A stretch of DNA of 64,000 nt from Candidatus Levyibacteriota bacterium (GCA_016182235.1 JACOXT010000003.1:130209-194208), one strand, 5' to 3'; positions 1-9,342 are shown, counted from the stretch's first letter. Program-made: numbers and translations. Notes: generated from the letters alone by a model not told the origin.

Positions 1-421
1 TATTTTTATCTCCATGATACTCATGAACCCAAGTTTTTATATCTTTATCTGTTTTTTGAGGTTTAGCAATTACTAAGGAAGCTCCATCGAATAATTCTGT
101 GCCAGCAATTTGTTTCTTGCCAGAAATACCGACATAAAATATATCACCATCTCTAAAAAACTGACTTTCTATAGAAAATTCCCATGATCTTGGATATTCT
201 ATCTAGAATCTGTATATAGTGTTTCTGTACCTCTTCCAGTAAAGTTTATCTGTATCTTCGATTATATACGGAAGTATTTTAATGGTCGGTTTAGAATCCG
301 TATTTTGCTTATTTTGGAGGTCTAAATAAGATATTAGAGTAAAAAGAAAAATAAGTATTATTAGAGTAATTATTACTTTGGACAAAAAGGAAACTTTTGT
401 TAATCTTTTAGGGAGCTTCAT
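1..421 (-). pseudogene. Membrane-anchored exported protein broken by one in-frame TAG (203-205); partial at window edge
   Basis: ORF 203..421 encodes an N-terminal TM anchor (VIITLIILIFLFTLISYL). My reverse translation of 1..202 stays open in the same frame for 67 codons (IEYPRSWEFSIESQFFRDGDIFYVGISGKK...) with no ATG/GTG/TTG. The two parts therefore read as one gene split by TAG. Confidence 0.5.
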
Positions 422-575
422 TGCTTTTGCGATCTTTCTTATTTCTCGATTCTATCAGATCCCAAATCATGTCGTTAATTTTAACACGCATATCTTTAAG
501 GACCCCGTCGATATCTTTAGTATTATCCTGTAGGTTTATTAACTTTTGGGTTAACTTTTTAATATTCTCTTCCAT
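408..575 (-). CDS. Small 55-aa hypothetical helical protein, below the ORF-track cutoff
   Basis: Hand translation: MEENIKKLTQKLINLQDNTKDIDGVLKDMRVKINDMIWDLIESRNKKDRKSNEAP. It overlaps the start of the next minus-strand gene by 14 nt and has a consensus promoter upstream. It replaces the implausible plus-strand ORF 421..648. Confidence 0.45.
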   Translation of the reverse strand: MEENIKKLTQKLINLQDNTKDIDGVLKDMRVKINDMIWDLIESRNKKDRKSNEAP

Positions 576-597
576 TCACAAAAAGATAATTACAAGA

Positions 598-626
598 ATC
601 ATATCAGCTGACACTTATTTTGTCAA
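598..626 (-). promoter_or_regulatory. sigma70-type promoter TTGACA-17-TATGAT (minus strand)
   Basis: Reverse complement of 621-626 is TTGACA and of 598-603 is TATGAT, with a 17-nt spacer. It lies upstream of the small ORF 408..575. Confidence 0.5.
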
Positions 627-636
627 CTATTTGATA

Positions 637-1455
637 TCAATTATTTGATAACTGGGTGGAGGAGAAAAATTTTTCTGTTCCTTTATCGGCAGGATAACAT
701 AAAATTACTTGAAATCTTGGATCTTTAATAACTCTTGCAGTTGAAAGATGTAAATTAAGTATTTTTTTTCTTTTTCCATAGATTCCAATTATTCTCTTAT
801 ACTCATAATCAAAAAGTTTTTTGGGATATGAATTTTGATCGGTACTAGGCCAAAGCTTCCTAAAATCATCATATTTCATTAGGCTTTGAATCAATTTTTT
901 ATACCAAGACTCATTTTGGTATTTTTCATTTTCTGTTTTAAAAGAAGCTATTTGTGCGATTTTAAAAGTCTTTAGGTTTTTTTCATCCTCACCTTTCATA
1001 ATTTCTACACTAATTTGATCGGAAGGGAGAAAAGGAAATTCTAAAAAATTTGGTTTATTTTTTTCTACCCATTTTTTTTGATTAATTGACATTTTCATAA
1101 CTTTTAAAGTATATAAATTTGTATATAGCCATCGAAAGCTGAAATCCATAAGAAAAGCTGGAAACGGCCAATTATCAATCTTGCTGCCAATTACTTTAAT
1201 AACATTTTTAACTTCCTGGTTGTTTGGTAAATATCCGCCTACCAATAAAAAATTCCCTTTTTCTTGCACATTTAATTTTAATGCTTTAATAATTCTTTCA
1301 ATTGTATCCCTAGAGGGTTTACTCACTCTACCTTGTTCTATCTTTGAAAGACGACTTGAATCTTTCCAGCCAATTCGCAAGGAAACTTCTAGCTGTGAAA
1401 GTCTTTTTCTAATTCTATGATCCTTTATCAGCCCACCTAATGTTGAAGTTAGCAT
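637..1455 (-). CDS. XRE-family helix-turn-helix transcriptional regulator with a C-terminal domain of unknown function
   Basis: The N-terminus LIKDHRIRKRLSQLEVSLRIGWKDSSRLSKIEQGRVSKPSRDTIERIIKAL matches the HTH_XRE pattern. Confidence 0.8.
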   Translation of the reverse strand: MLTSTLGGLIKDHRIRKRLSQLEVSLRIGWKDSSRLSKIEQGRVSKPSRDTIERIIKALKLNVQEKGNFLLVGGYLPNNQEVKNVIKVIGSKIDNWPFPAFLMDFSFRWLYTNLYTLKVMKMSINQKKWVEKNKPNFLEFPFLPSDQISVEIMKGEDEKNLKTFKIAQIASFKTENEKYQNESWYKKLIQSLMKYDDFRKLWPSTDQNSYPKKLFDYEYKRIIGIYGKRKKILNLHLSTARVIKDPRFQVILCYPADKGTEKFFSSTQLSNN

Positions 1456-1665
1456 AGATCTAAATCAGTTATTATAATTTTAGAAGAAAATAGATGGGCG
1501 TAACAATAAAACTTATATGTAGATTTTGTTACGGACATAAGCTAATTTTAGCATATTATTAGAATAATTTCATTTTCAGGACATGACCACACCATGCTCG
1601 TTAAATGAAAATCTACCGATAAATGTAAATAGAAAAATGTCTAACAGGTAATGCTCCGCTTCAGG

Positions 1666-2079
1666 CTATTGGGCTAAAATTTTTGCAGCTTCTTGTGCGC
1701 ATTGAGAATCTTGAGCGGTATCGGTTGATCCTCCGACACCTACTCCTCCAACTAGCTTATTTCCTATTTTTACAGGATGTCCTCCTGCTATTGGTGTAAT
1801 TTCTCCACCAAAAATAGTATTGAGTCCGAAATACGGTTTTCCTTCCGCAGTATAAGCACCTATGCCTTCAGTAGGCATGCCTAAGCTTGCCGACGTAAAA
1901 GCTTTGCTATATGCAAACCTTGGACTAATAGGAATTGCTCCATCCATTCTGCCAGCAGCTATTAAACTTCCATGTTCATCGACTATTACGGTAGTTACTG
2001 CAGTTCCTAGCTCTTTTGCTTTTTGTTCGGAAGCCTCAATTGCCCTTTTAGCCTTATCTAGCGTTATCAATACACTCAC
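1666..2079 (-). CDS. GlcG/HbpS-like heme-binding protein (DUF336 family)
   Basis: 137 aa. The GGHPVKIGNKLVGGVGVGGSTDTAQDSQCA motif is typical of GlcG/DUF336. Confidence 0.8.
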   Translation of the reverse strand: MSVLITLDKAKRAIEASEQKAKELGTAVTTVIVDEHGSLIAAGRMDGAIPISPRFAYSKAFTSASLGMPTEGIGAYTAEGKPYFGLNTIFGGEITPIAGGHPVKIGNKLVGGVGVGGSTDTAQDSQCAQEAAKILAQ

Positions 2080-2167
2080 CTCCTTTTACATGTATAATTA
2101 AAACTATAATAACGGATAAGCTTACAGCTTGTCAATCAAAGAATCTATTCTCTATATAGCTCATAAA

Positions 2168-2196
2168 TTGACAAGCCATTGGAGGATATATACAAT
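2168..2196 (+). promoter_or_regulatory. Candidate upstream promoter TTGACA-17-TACAAT
   Basis: TTGACA at 2168-2173 and TACAAT at 2191-2196. The -35 lies inside a 10-bp inverted repeat partnered with 2127-2136. Confidence 0.4.
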
Positions 2197-2232
2197 GATT
2201 AAGAATATTAGTTCCCGCTTTATTATTTTGGC

Positions 2233-2261
2233 TTGACAAAGGGGCGTTAGCAGTATATACT
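2233..2261 (+). promoter_or_regulatory. Consensus sigma70 promoter TTGACA-17-TATACT for gene 2278
   Basis: TTGACA at 2233-2238 and TATACT at 2256-2261. The ATG at 2278 implies a leader of about 9 nt with no Shine-Dalgarno sequence. Confidence 0.6.
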
Positions 2262-2277
2262 ATAAGTTATTATAAAT

Positions 2278-3261
2278 ATGCTTACAGAACGTAGTCTCCC
2301 TTCCCAGGACACATCTAGATTGAAGATCTCTCATGATAAAAATGTAGGGGGACTTCATCCTCTACTGAAAGTGGAGGGTGAAAATGGAACAAAATCTATT
2401 CCTATCCTATCAGTGCGTGAAAAAGCCCATCATGAAGCAATTGCAAATGCAATGGTGTCTGGAGATGCAGTAGCATTTGAAGTAGGAGTAGTTGGGCTCA
2501 TGATTGCTGTCGGTGATAAAAGATTAGGAGGAAATGCCTGGAAAACATTCTGGGAGGTAAAAAAAGGAAGAGCACCCGAAGATAAAGTCCCCTTTATGAT
2601 GTTGCCAGAAGATCATGATAAAGTTGTAGATTTCACTAAAATTCATGAAGATTTCCAATTCTTAAAAGATGCAGAAGCAAGAAAAAAGTTTTTTGGAGCT
2701 TTACCATTTCATACAATTTTACCTATTAGGGAAGATAATGAATCCCTTAATCGTAATGCATTTGTCACTACTCCTGAAGAAACTTTGAAAAAACCTGCAG
2801 ATCAACGCTTATCTGAATCAACTGTTTGTATATATTGGCAAGGTGGAGACACTGATTGGAGACGTATTGCAGAGTTGGCAAAGAAAATAAACCCAGATGT
2901 TTATCTTGGGATAACTTCGCTTAACGAGCATGGTAAGCCTTCTCCTTGGAATTTCAGTGAGCTTTTGAAACATATAGAAGATGGTCGGGGAAAGGAACTT
3001 AATCATATTGTTCAAGATCCAGTAATAGCAAAAGCAGATATAAAAAGTTCTCATACGCAAGTTAGAGTTCCACTTAAGGGAGAAAAGCCTGCAATTATTA
3101 TTGTAAGAAAAGGACCAATAAGCGCAGATACAATTAACAAATTCACCGGTTTTCCAGTTAGAACATTAGAAAGTGCAAAGCTAGCTTCTCGCGGTCATTC
3201 TCCAGACGTCTCTCTTGATGAAAGAATACTTGAACATCTTCAAAAAGTTAATAGAGCTTAA
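2278..3261 (+). CDS. Hypothetical protein, possibly a divergent YrdC/Sua5-like fold
   Basis: Weak resemblance to the YrdC pattern (VKKGRAPEDKVPFMML; SLNEHGKPSP; IIIVRKGPIS). The functional call is uncertain. Confidence 0.4.
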   Translation: MLTERSLPSQDTSRLKISHDKNVGGLHPLLKVEGENGTKSIPILSVREKAHHEAIANAMVSGDAVAFEVGVVGLMIAVGDKRLGGNAWKTFWEVKKGRAPEDKVPFMMLPEDHDKVVDFTKIHEDFQFLKDAEARKKFFGALPFHTILPIREDNESLNRNAFVTTPEETLKKPADQRLSESTVCIYWQGGDTDWRRIAELAKKINPDVYLGITSLNEHGKPSPWNFSELLKHIEDGRGKELNHIVQDPVIAKADIKSSHTQVRVPLKGEKPAIIIVRKGPISADTINKFTGFPVRTLESAKLASRGHSPDVSLDERILEHLQKVNRA

Positions 3262-3337
3262 AAGCATCCCCTCCAATTTTCGTTTACTAGTCAATTAGTT
3301 TCCTCGAATCCAAAATTACTGTATTATAATAAGGACA

Positions 3338-4798
3338 ATGTCCGAAATAACTAATTCACAAATTCTACTATTATTAATTTTAATAGTTATATCTCTTTCT
3401 TTGGGTGGTATATATTACCATAGGAGAAAAGTGGGGGGGATTAGACAGCGATCTGAGAGAGACCTTGAAGAAATAAATAGAGCACTTGTCACAAGCCAGA
3501 GAATAAACAAAATTATTTTGCAAAGTCTCAATTTTGATGATGTTGTCCAGAAAATATCAGATACTATCCCAAATGAACTTTTTTTTGTTACGGGTGTTGT
3601 TGCAGTAATTGAGAAAGTTAAAAGAACAATTAGAAGAGTGGGAGTTTCTTCTACAAAAGAAGCAAGCGAAGCAGTAAGTGCTTTGCGAGTTCCATTTAAT
3701 AAAATTGAGATCTCCTTAGATGATCCAAATAATTTTATGGCTAGAGCTGTCAGAGAAAAAAAAGGTCTTATTACTGAAGATATTTATGACGTACTAGGTC
3801 CTGTTTTGACGCATGATGAAGCAAATAAAATCCAAAATCTTATGGGTACAAAAACAACTGTAGTTTATCCAATTTATGGAGGAAGAGAAGGGGCAATTGG
3901 AGTGTTCGTTGCTAGCACAAAAAAGAAAAAAGAGGATCTTTCAGAATACGATTATGCTATGATTCAAAGTTTTGTTGACGGAGTTGGTATCGCAATGGAA
4001 CATGCAATGTTATATTCAAATCTTGAAAAAACTTCAGAGCAATTACAAGAAGCAAATATAAAATTAAAAGAGGTGGATAAATTGAAAGATGAGTTTGTGT
4101 CTTTGGCGTCTCATGAATTGAGAACTCCTATGACTATAATTAGTTCTTATTTGTGGTTAATGCTAAATAAGGATAATGCTTCCTCGCTTTCCGAAAAACA
4201 AAAAATGTATCTTGACCGTGCGTACATATCGACCCAAAGACTTATAAATTTAGTTAATGACATGCTGAATGTTTCTAGAATTGAATCCGGAAGACTTACT
4301 CTTGCGATAAAACCAACAGATATTGCTGAGCTAGTTAATTCTGTCTATGTAGAGATACTGCCTAAAGCGCAAGTGCAAAAAATAAATTTGATTTTTGAAA
4401 AACCTCAAGAAGTTTTACCCAAAGTTCAAGCTGATCCAGAAAAAATAGAGCAAGTGCTAATAAACTTAATTGGCAATTCACTCAAATTTACGAAAGAGCA
4501 AGGTTTGATAAAGATATCAATAGCTAACAATCCTTTACAAAAAACAGTAACAGTTACAGTTTTGGACGACGGAAAAGGGATAAACAAAGAAGACATACCC
4601 AAGCTTTTTCAAAAGTTTGGTATGGTAGGAAATAATTATCTTGTAAAGCAGAATACCCAAGGAACAGGACTAGGATTGTATTTATCCAAATCGATAATTG
4701 AACTCCATGGAGGAAAAATCTGGGTAGAGTCAGAAGGTGAAGGAAAAGGTTCTAAGTTTAGTTTTACTTTAAAAACAGTGGATAGTAAAGTTAGCTAA
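3338..4798 (+). CDS. Membrane sensor histidine kinase (TM, GAF-like domain, HisKA, HATPase_c)
   Basis: H-box FVSLASHELRTPMT; G-boxes DDGKGI and GTGLGLYLSKSIIELHGGKIWVESEGEGKGSKFSFTL; N-terminal TM helix. Confidence 0.9.
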   Translation: MSEITNSQILLLLILIVISLSLGGIYYHRRKVGGIRQRSERDLEEINRALVTSQRINKIILQSLNFDDVVQKISDTIPNELFFVTGVVAVIEKVKRTIRRVGVSSTKEASEAVSALRVPFNKIEISLDDPNNFMARAVREKKGLITEDIYDVLGPVLTHDEANKIQNLMGTKTTVVYPIYGGREGAIGVFVASTKKKKEDLSEYDYAMIQSFVDGVGIAMEHAMLYSNLEKTSEQLQEANIKLKEVDKLKDEFVSLASHELRTPMTIISSYLWLMLNKDNASSLSEKQKMYLDRAYISTQRLINLVNDMLNVSRIESGRLTLAIKPTDIAELVNSVYVEILPKAQVQKINLIFEKPQEVLPKVQADPEKIEQVLINLIGNSLKFTKEQGLIKISIANNPLQKTVTVTVLDDGKGINKEDIPKLFQKFGMVGNNYLVKQNTQGTGLGLYLSKSIIELHGGKIWVESEGEGKGSKFSFTLKTVDSKVS

Positions 4799-6006
4799 AT
4801 TATATATTCCACCAATGCATTCGCTAATTGTCTTTTTGATTGTAAAGGGAACTTTTTATATGTTCCGTTTTTTGCAACAACTACTGCTGCATTTGTATCA
4901 ACATCAAAACCCTGTTTTAGTTTTCCAACGTCGTTGACTACAAGAAAATCTATATTTGAATTGTGTAATTTGCGCCTTGCTTCTTCAAGCAATTCCTTAC
5001 CGCTCTTTTTCCACTCTGCTTTAAAAGCGATAAGCTTAATCTTTGGATTACTTGCTTTAACTTGTGTATATATTTTTTGTCTTGGCATTAACCGTAATGT
5101 TAAAGCTTGTTCGCTTGGTATTTTTCCTTCTTGCGCAGCAACTTTAAAGTCAGATACAGCTGCAGTATGAAAACAAATATTGTATATTGAAGCATGTCGT
5201 TTGACTAGTGAGGTTAATTCATCAGCAGTTTCAAAGGTCGCTTCTTGTATTGGATAACGTGGTTTTATTGCATTTCTACTCCTCAACAAAAGTACATCTG
5301 CTCCTTGTAAGAAGCACACCTCTGCGATGGAGATTCCCATCTTCCCCGAACTTCTATTCGTGATAAAACGAATATTATCAATTGGTTCTCTTGTACCGCC
5401 TGCAGTAACAATAATTCGTTTTCCTTTTAGTTGTTCTTGTTTATATAATGCAGTTAAAATCTCTTTTTTGATTTTCGAAACGTTTGTTAGTCTTCCTTTG
5501 CCTTCGTATCCACAAGCAAGCATACCTGAATCTGGTCCAAGGAATTGATAACTAAGAGATTGTAATTTTTTTACATTTTCTTGTACAACCGAATTTGCCC
5601 ACATATTGACATTCATGGAAGGACAAATCATAACAGGGGCTTGAGTTGCAAGAAGGGTAGTAGTTAGAAAATCATCTGCGATACCATGAGCGATTTTCCC
5701 TATAATGTTTGCGGTAGCAGGTATTATTATAAAAAGATCAGCTTTATCAGCAAGTTCGATATGATCAACTTTACGATTTTTTAATATTGTTTTGTAGTTA
5801 AAATTCTCTTCAAAAAGTGTTCTAAAAACTTTATGTCCTGATATCTTATGGAATTCTTCTGGATTTACAAATGCCTCAGCACTTTTTGTCATAATGACAA
5901 ATACATCAATATTTTCTTTCTTTAAACCCTTAATCAATTCAATAACTTTAAATGCCGCTATGCCACCACTTATCCCAATTACTACTGTTTTGTTTACATA
6001 TTTCAT
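4795..6006 (-). CDS. coaBC: Bifunctional phosphopantothenoylcysteine decarboxylase / phosphopantothenate-cysteine ligase
   Basis: Flavoprotein N-domain GISGGIAAFKVIELIKGL and PATANIIGKIAHGIADDFLTT, followed by a DFP ligase C-domain. Confidence 0.9.
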   Translation of the reverse strand: MKYVNKTVVIGISGGIAAFKVIELIKGLKKENIDVFVIMTKSAEAFVNPEEFHKISGHKVFRTLFEENFNYKTILKNRKVDHIELADKADLFIIIPATANIIGKIAHGIADDFLTTTLLATQAPVMICPSMNVNMWANSVVQENVKKLQSLSYQFLGPDSGMLACGYEGKGRLTNVSKIKKEILTALYKQEQLKGKRIIVTAGGTREPIDNIRFITNRSSGKMGISIAEVCFLQGADVLLLRSRNAIKPRYPIQEATFETADELTSLVKRHASIYNICFHTAAVSDFKVAAQEGKIPSEQALTLRLMPRQKIYTQVKASNPKIKLIAFKAEWKKSGKELLEEARRKLHNSNIDFLVVNDVGKLKQGFDVDTNAAVVVAKNGTYKKFPLQSKRQLANALVEYII

Positions 6007-6008
6007 AC

Positions 6009-7217
6009 TTAGAATCTTCCTTTTACCAAATCAGGCAATACACGTAGATTATCTCTTTGGCGCTGCATAGTAATAGAATGGAAAATATTATCGAGAGGTA
6101 ACGACGAGTCATTATGAAGTTTTAAAATTCCACCTTCTGAACTGGTCGCTTCAATAGCATTTCTAATTGCTTGGTGTAATTTTATTGGAGAAAGATAGGG
6201 AATAGTGTTGGCGCAATGTACTAACGCAGAATCTTGGATAACAGTTTTAATACTAGGATTCAAAGGTTCTCCGAAGTCAACTCCATAGAGAATAGTCAAT
6301 ACTCGATTTTCTCTTAAGTCCTCCATTTTTGCCAAAGCTTCATTTAAGGGAACAAGTCGTCTATTAGGATTTGCATAATCAATTATGCGTAATGAACTTA
6401 GATTGCGCAGGGGATTATTATAATCTAAAAGAATAATACGTCCCTGCATTTGCAATGTTTTTGCTATCTCAACAGCAGATATCCCAATACTTGAACCAAC
6501 ATCTAATAAATTTCCTTCTTTATTGACAATTTTTCCAACTGTATCCCATGGTTCTGTGGCAAAGCGATTAAATCCTGTCCATTCGGAGCTCATTAATTGT
6601 TTCATAAGCTGCAAATAGTCTTCTCGTCTATTATGGGAGTAAACATACCATAATCCTTCTGTGCCCCTTACCTTAAACAGTTCTGTTAGAAGAGGATTCC
6701 ATGTTGTATTTAAGGGCATTACAGGCGATATTCTCTGGCTAAAATAATCCTGTAGGTTCACCAAATCATGGAAAAATTCAGAATTTGTTCTTAAAAGTAC
6801 TAACATGCGTCTTGTCTCTATAGGACTTTCAATTCCTCGACGTGCTTGCGGAACACTAGCAATACGTAAACGCTCACCAATAAAACGTTTGAAAGGCTGA
6901 GAAAATTCGCCAGTATAATTATGGCTTGCTGCAATTTCTGTTAAAAATTCTTCGGTTCCTTCATGTAATTGAGGTTTCCCTTCTAATAAAAAAGAGAACG
7001 TTAAAATAAGCGCTTGTTGATCCAACGAATCAGTTTGTTGCAATTCTTGAACAGCGGTTGTAATTAATGATCTTGGTCCTATATCTTCAGTTTTAAACAG
7101 TTCTGAAATGGCTCTAGCTGTCGTTACCACATCTATAGGGGATGATGCTTTAACCCTATTGAGTGTTTGGGCATAATTTATTTCCCCTTCCGGGACGAAT
7201 CGTAAGTTTTCTTGCAT
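6009..7217 (-). CDS. Hypothetical protein with a class I SAM-methyltransferase-like C-terminal half
   Basis: Motif I-like NLLDVGSSIGISAVEIAKTL, then ILLDYN. Tightly packed between coaBC and the Nudix-PPAT gene. Confidence 0.5.
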   Translation of the reverse strand: MQENLRFVPEGEINYAQTLNRVKASSPIDVVTTARAISELFKTEDIGPRSLITTAVQELQQTDSLDQQALILTFSFLLEGKPQLHEGTEEFLTEIAASHNYTGEFSQPFKRFIGERLRIASVPQARRGIESPIETRRMLVLLRTNSEFFHDLVNLQDYFSQRISPVMPLNTTWNPLLTELFKVRGTEGLWYVYSHNRREDYLQLMKQLMSSEWTGFNRFATEPWDTVGKIVNKEGNLLDVGSSIGISAVEIAKTLQMQGRIILLDYNNPLRNLSSLRIIDYANPNRRLVPLNEALAKMEDLRENRVLTILYGVDFGEPLNPSIKTVIQDSALVHCANTIPYLSPIKLHQAIRNAIEATSSEGGILKLHNDSSLPLDNIFHSITMQRQRDNLRVLPDLVKGRF

Positions 7218-8254
7218 TAGCTAGCTGGTTTATTATTTTGTTCTGCTTGTCGTAAAAGTGTGGAAGAGATCACTTCGCCTTGTGTAGTTCTAAATAATGG
7301 GATAATAACAGTTTCAAGTGGATAAACATGGTTTTGAGCTCTCAGGTTATTAACAAAATCTCCCCCAGTACGTGTCTCCTCGCTCACAACAATTGCCGAC
7401 AATTTCGGATCAAGTGCCTTTGGTCCAGCAGTATCTTCCAAGGGAAATATAATTGTACGATTTAAAACTCCTTCTTCATCTAAATATCTTCGTAGGCTAG
7501 CAAGTCGTTCCTCATAAGGATATACTTTTTCTTTGAGTTGTTTGCTTGACCGTTCAATATACTCATCTGTTGTGAGTCCAATGTAGGCATAATCTCCAAC
7601 TTCAAGGGCTTTTTGTAAGAGTCTCTTGTGTCCTTCGTGTAGTCTATCAAAAGTTCCTCCCATAAGTACTTCGCCATATTGGCGTATATGTTCACCTGAT
7701 AAGTACTCTTTAACCCTCTGGATTGCAAAAATTCCTGACGGAAGAATTTTCATCTCTCCGTTTGTTGCCTTATCTAAAGCCTCTTGAGGGTCAAACCACC
7801 CCCAATCGGTCATTTCATCTGGAGAAGCAACTTTTGGCTGTGGTTGATCATCATGATATCTTGTTACATACACTAATAGATCATGTTTAATATTAAATGC
7901 ATCAGGGTCAGTAATATAATTTGCTAGGGGAAAAAGTCTATTACGTTCTGAATCAAGGATTATTCCTGCTTCTTCAAAGGTTTCCCTTCTAGCTGCTTGG
8001 TTATGTGTTTCTCCTGGATCAACGGAACCACCAGGATAAACCCAATCATCACCATAATTATTACCATAATCAACACGTTTCATTAAAAGAATTTTATTTT
8101 CTGAGTTAACAATAGCAACTGCAGAAGCCGCTTTAGGAGCTTCTGGAGAACGAAGTTGCTCTCTGTTTGGTAACTCTTGTCTAAATTCTCTTGGACTCTC
8201 TTGGTATGTCATATGAAATTTTAATTGGAGATGAGTGTACATCAAATCAGGCAC
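7217..8254 (-). CDS. Fusion protein: N-terminal Nudix hydrolase plus C-terminal archaeal-type phosphopantetheine adenylyltransferase-like cytidylyltransferase
   Basis: Nudix box GGSVDPGETHNQAARRETFEEAGI. The C-domain GGTFDRLHEGHKRLLQKA...IVVSEETRTGGDFVNNLR...ISSTLLR matches the (T/H)xGH nucleotidyltransferase pattern of archaeal PPAT. Confidence 0.75.
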   Translation of the reverse strand: MPDLMYTHLQLKFHMTYQESPREFRQELPNREQLRSPEAPKAASAVAIVNSENKILLMKRVDYGNNYGDDWVYPGGSVDPGETHNQAARRETFEEAGIILDSERNRLFPLANYITDPDAFNIKHDLLVYVTRYHDDQPQPKVASPDEMTDWGWFDPQEALDKATNGEMKILPSGIFAIQRVKEYLSGEHIRQYGEVLMGGTFDRLHEGHKRLLQKALEVGDYAYIGLTTDEYIERSSKQLKEKVYPYEERLASLRRYLDEEGVLNRTIIFPLEDTAGPKALDPKLSAIVVSEETRTGGDFVNNLRAQNHVYPLETVIIPLFRTTQGEVISSTLLRQAEQNNKPAS

Positions 8255-8303
8255 ACTTGCAAGTTTTTCTGCTTCGCTTTTATTAATGAATAAATATTAG
8301 GAG

Positions 8304-9314
8304 TTACTTAACTTGGGAACTATAATCTGGAAAATCGTCGATATCTTCAGCATGAAGAATGCTGCTTTTTATTGCTTTGGCTAAAGCGTCAGCTGCCCCA
8401 AGCCCTACAACATCTGTAACTATCGTATCTGCAACTCCTGGAATATTTCGTCGTTCTCCTGAGTGAGAAGATGTTGCAAATACAATGTCTCCATCATAAG
8501 TGGCATGAACAGGAAGAATAGAACGAGCCATGCCGTCTTGCGCTATCTCTGCCACTTTTAGTAATTGATTCCTATTCATTGCCATATTTGTAGCAATCAC
8601 AGCAAGTGTAGTATTTAAAGGGATTGAGCTTGATTGGGTAAATCCCTCAAGATTGTCAGGTAAATGATGTTTCCCCAAGTCAAAATTGCCCTCATCATAG
8701 TAGAATTTCCCCGTTTTCGGGTTAACAATATCTCCAGATGAATTCGTTACAACAAAAGCGCAGACTAAAATATCTTGAGGTAAATGTACTTCGGCAATGC
8801 CAAAACCGCCTTTAAGGTGTTTTCCGTCAAACCACTTACCGGTCGTTGCTCCGGTGCCAACACCTACATTTCCTTCCCTGGGAATATTATAGGAGGAATT
8901 TTCTGCTGCTTTATATCCATTTTCTTTCGTCGGTCGAACTTTCGCGCTACCTACGGTTAAATCATAAATAACCCCGCCGGTTATTCCAGGTACGATACCA
9001 GCTTTTGTTTTATTGCCAATACCCTGTTTCTCAAGATATTCCATAACTCCAAAGATCGATTCAAGACCGTATGAGCTGCCACCGGTTAAAACAATTGCTT
9101 GAGCAAGCCGAGTTGCAGCTTTCGGATTACCATAAGCTTCTGTATTATGTGATCCCGTACTTGATCCCTTAACATCTATCCCAATATCTGCGCCTTTCTC
9201 GGCAATAAAAACAGTTAATCCTGTAAGATTTTCTCTATCTGTATAATGGCCGATTTTTATACCAACTCTTCTTAGCGACTCTTTATCCATGCAGATACAT
9301 TTTAGCAGAATCAC
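8304..9314 (-). CDS. Peptidase S58 (DmpA/BapA-type aminopeptidase family)
   Basis: GLTVFIAEKGADIGIDVKGSSTGSHNTE and NTTLAVIATNMAMNRNQL. The true start is probably the ATG at 9290 (MDKESLRR...). Confidence 0.8.
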   Translation of the reverse strand: MILLKCICMDKESLRRVGIKIGHYTDRENLTGLTVFIAEKGADIGIDVKGSSTGSHNTEAYGNPKAATRLAQAIVLTGGSSYGLESIFGVMEYLEKQGIGNKTKAGIVPGITGGVIYDLTVGSAKVRPTKENGYKAAENSSYNIPREGNVGVGTGATTGKWFDGKHLKGGFGIAEVHLPQDILVCAFVVTNSSGDIVNPKTGKFYYDEGNFDLGKHHLPDNLEGFTQSSSIPLNTTLAVIATNMAMNRNQLLKVAEIAQDGMARSILPVHATYDGDIVFATSSHSGERRNIPGVADTIVTDVVGLGAADALAKAIKSSILHAEDIDDFPDYSSQVK

Positions 9315-9342
9315 GATTTTTTTTAATATGCCACTTGCCTAA

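Noticed and set aside
203-205. Pyrrolysine at the TAG, or selenocysteine at the in-frame stops
   Set aside because: There are no pyl genes and no SECIS-like context in the window. Selenocysteine uses TGA, not TAA or TAG. This cannot be supported.
421-648. Plus-strand ORF of 75 aa from the track
   Set aside because: The sequence is hydrophobic and low-complexity with no motif. The opposite strand carries a better small ORF (408..575) with a consensus promoter and operon context, so the plus-strand ORF is treated as spurious.
1499-1533. Inverted repeat CGTAACAA-N19-TTGTTACG upstream of the XRE gene as an operator or terminator
   Set aside because: It is a plausible operator, but it is a single 8-bp repeat in AT-rich DNA with a large loop and no T-run. 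The evidence is insufficient to list it as a feature.
2195-2236. 13-codon ORF MIKNISSRFIILA starting at the -10 of the upstream promoter
   Set aside because: It is very short, overlaps promoter elements, and nothing supports translation.
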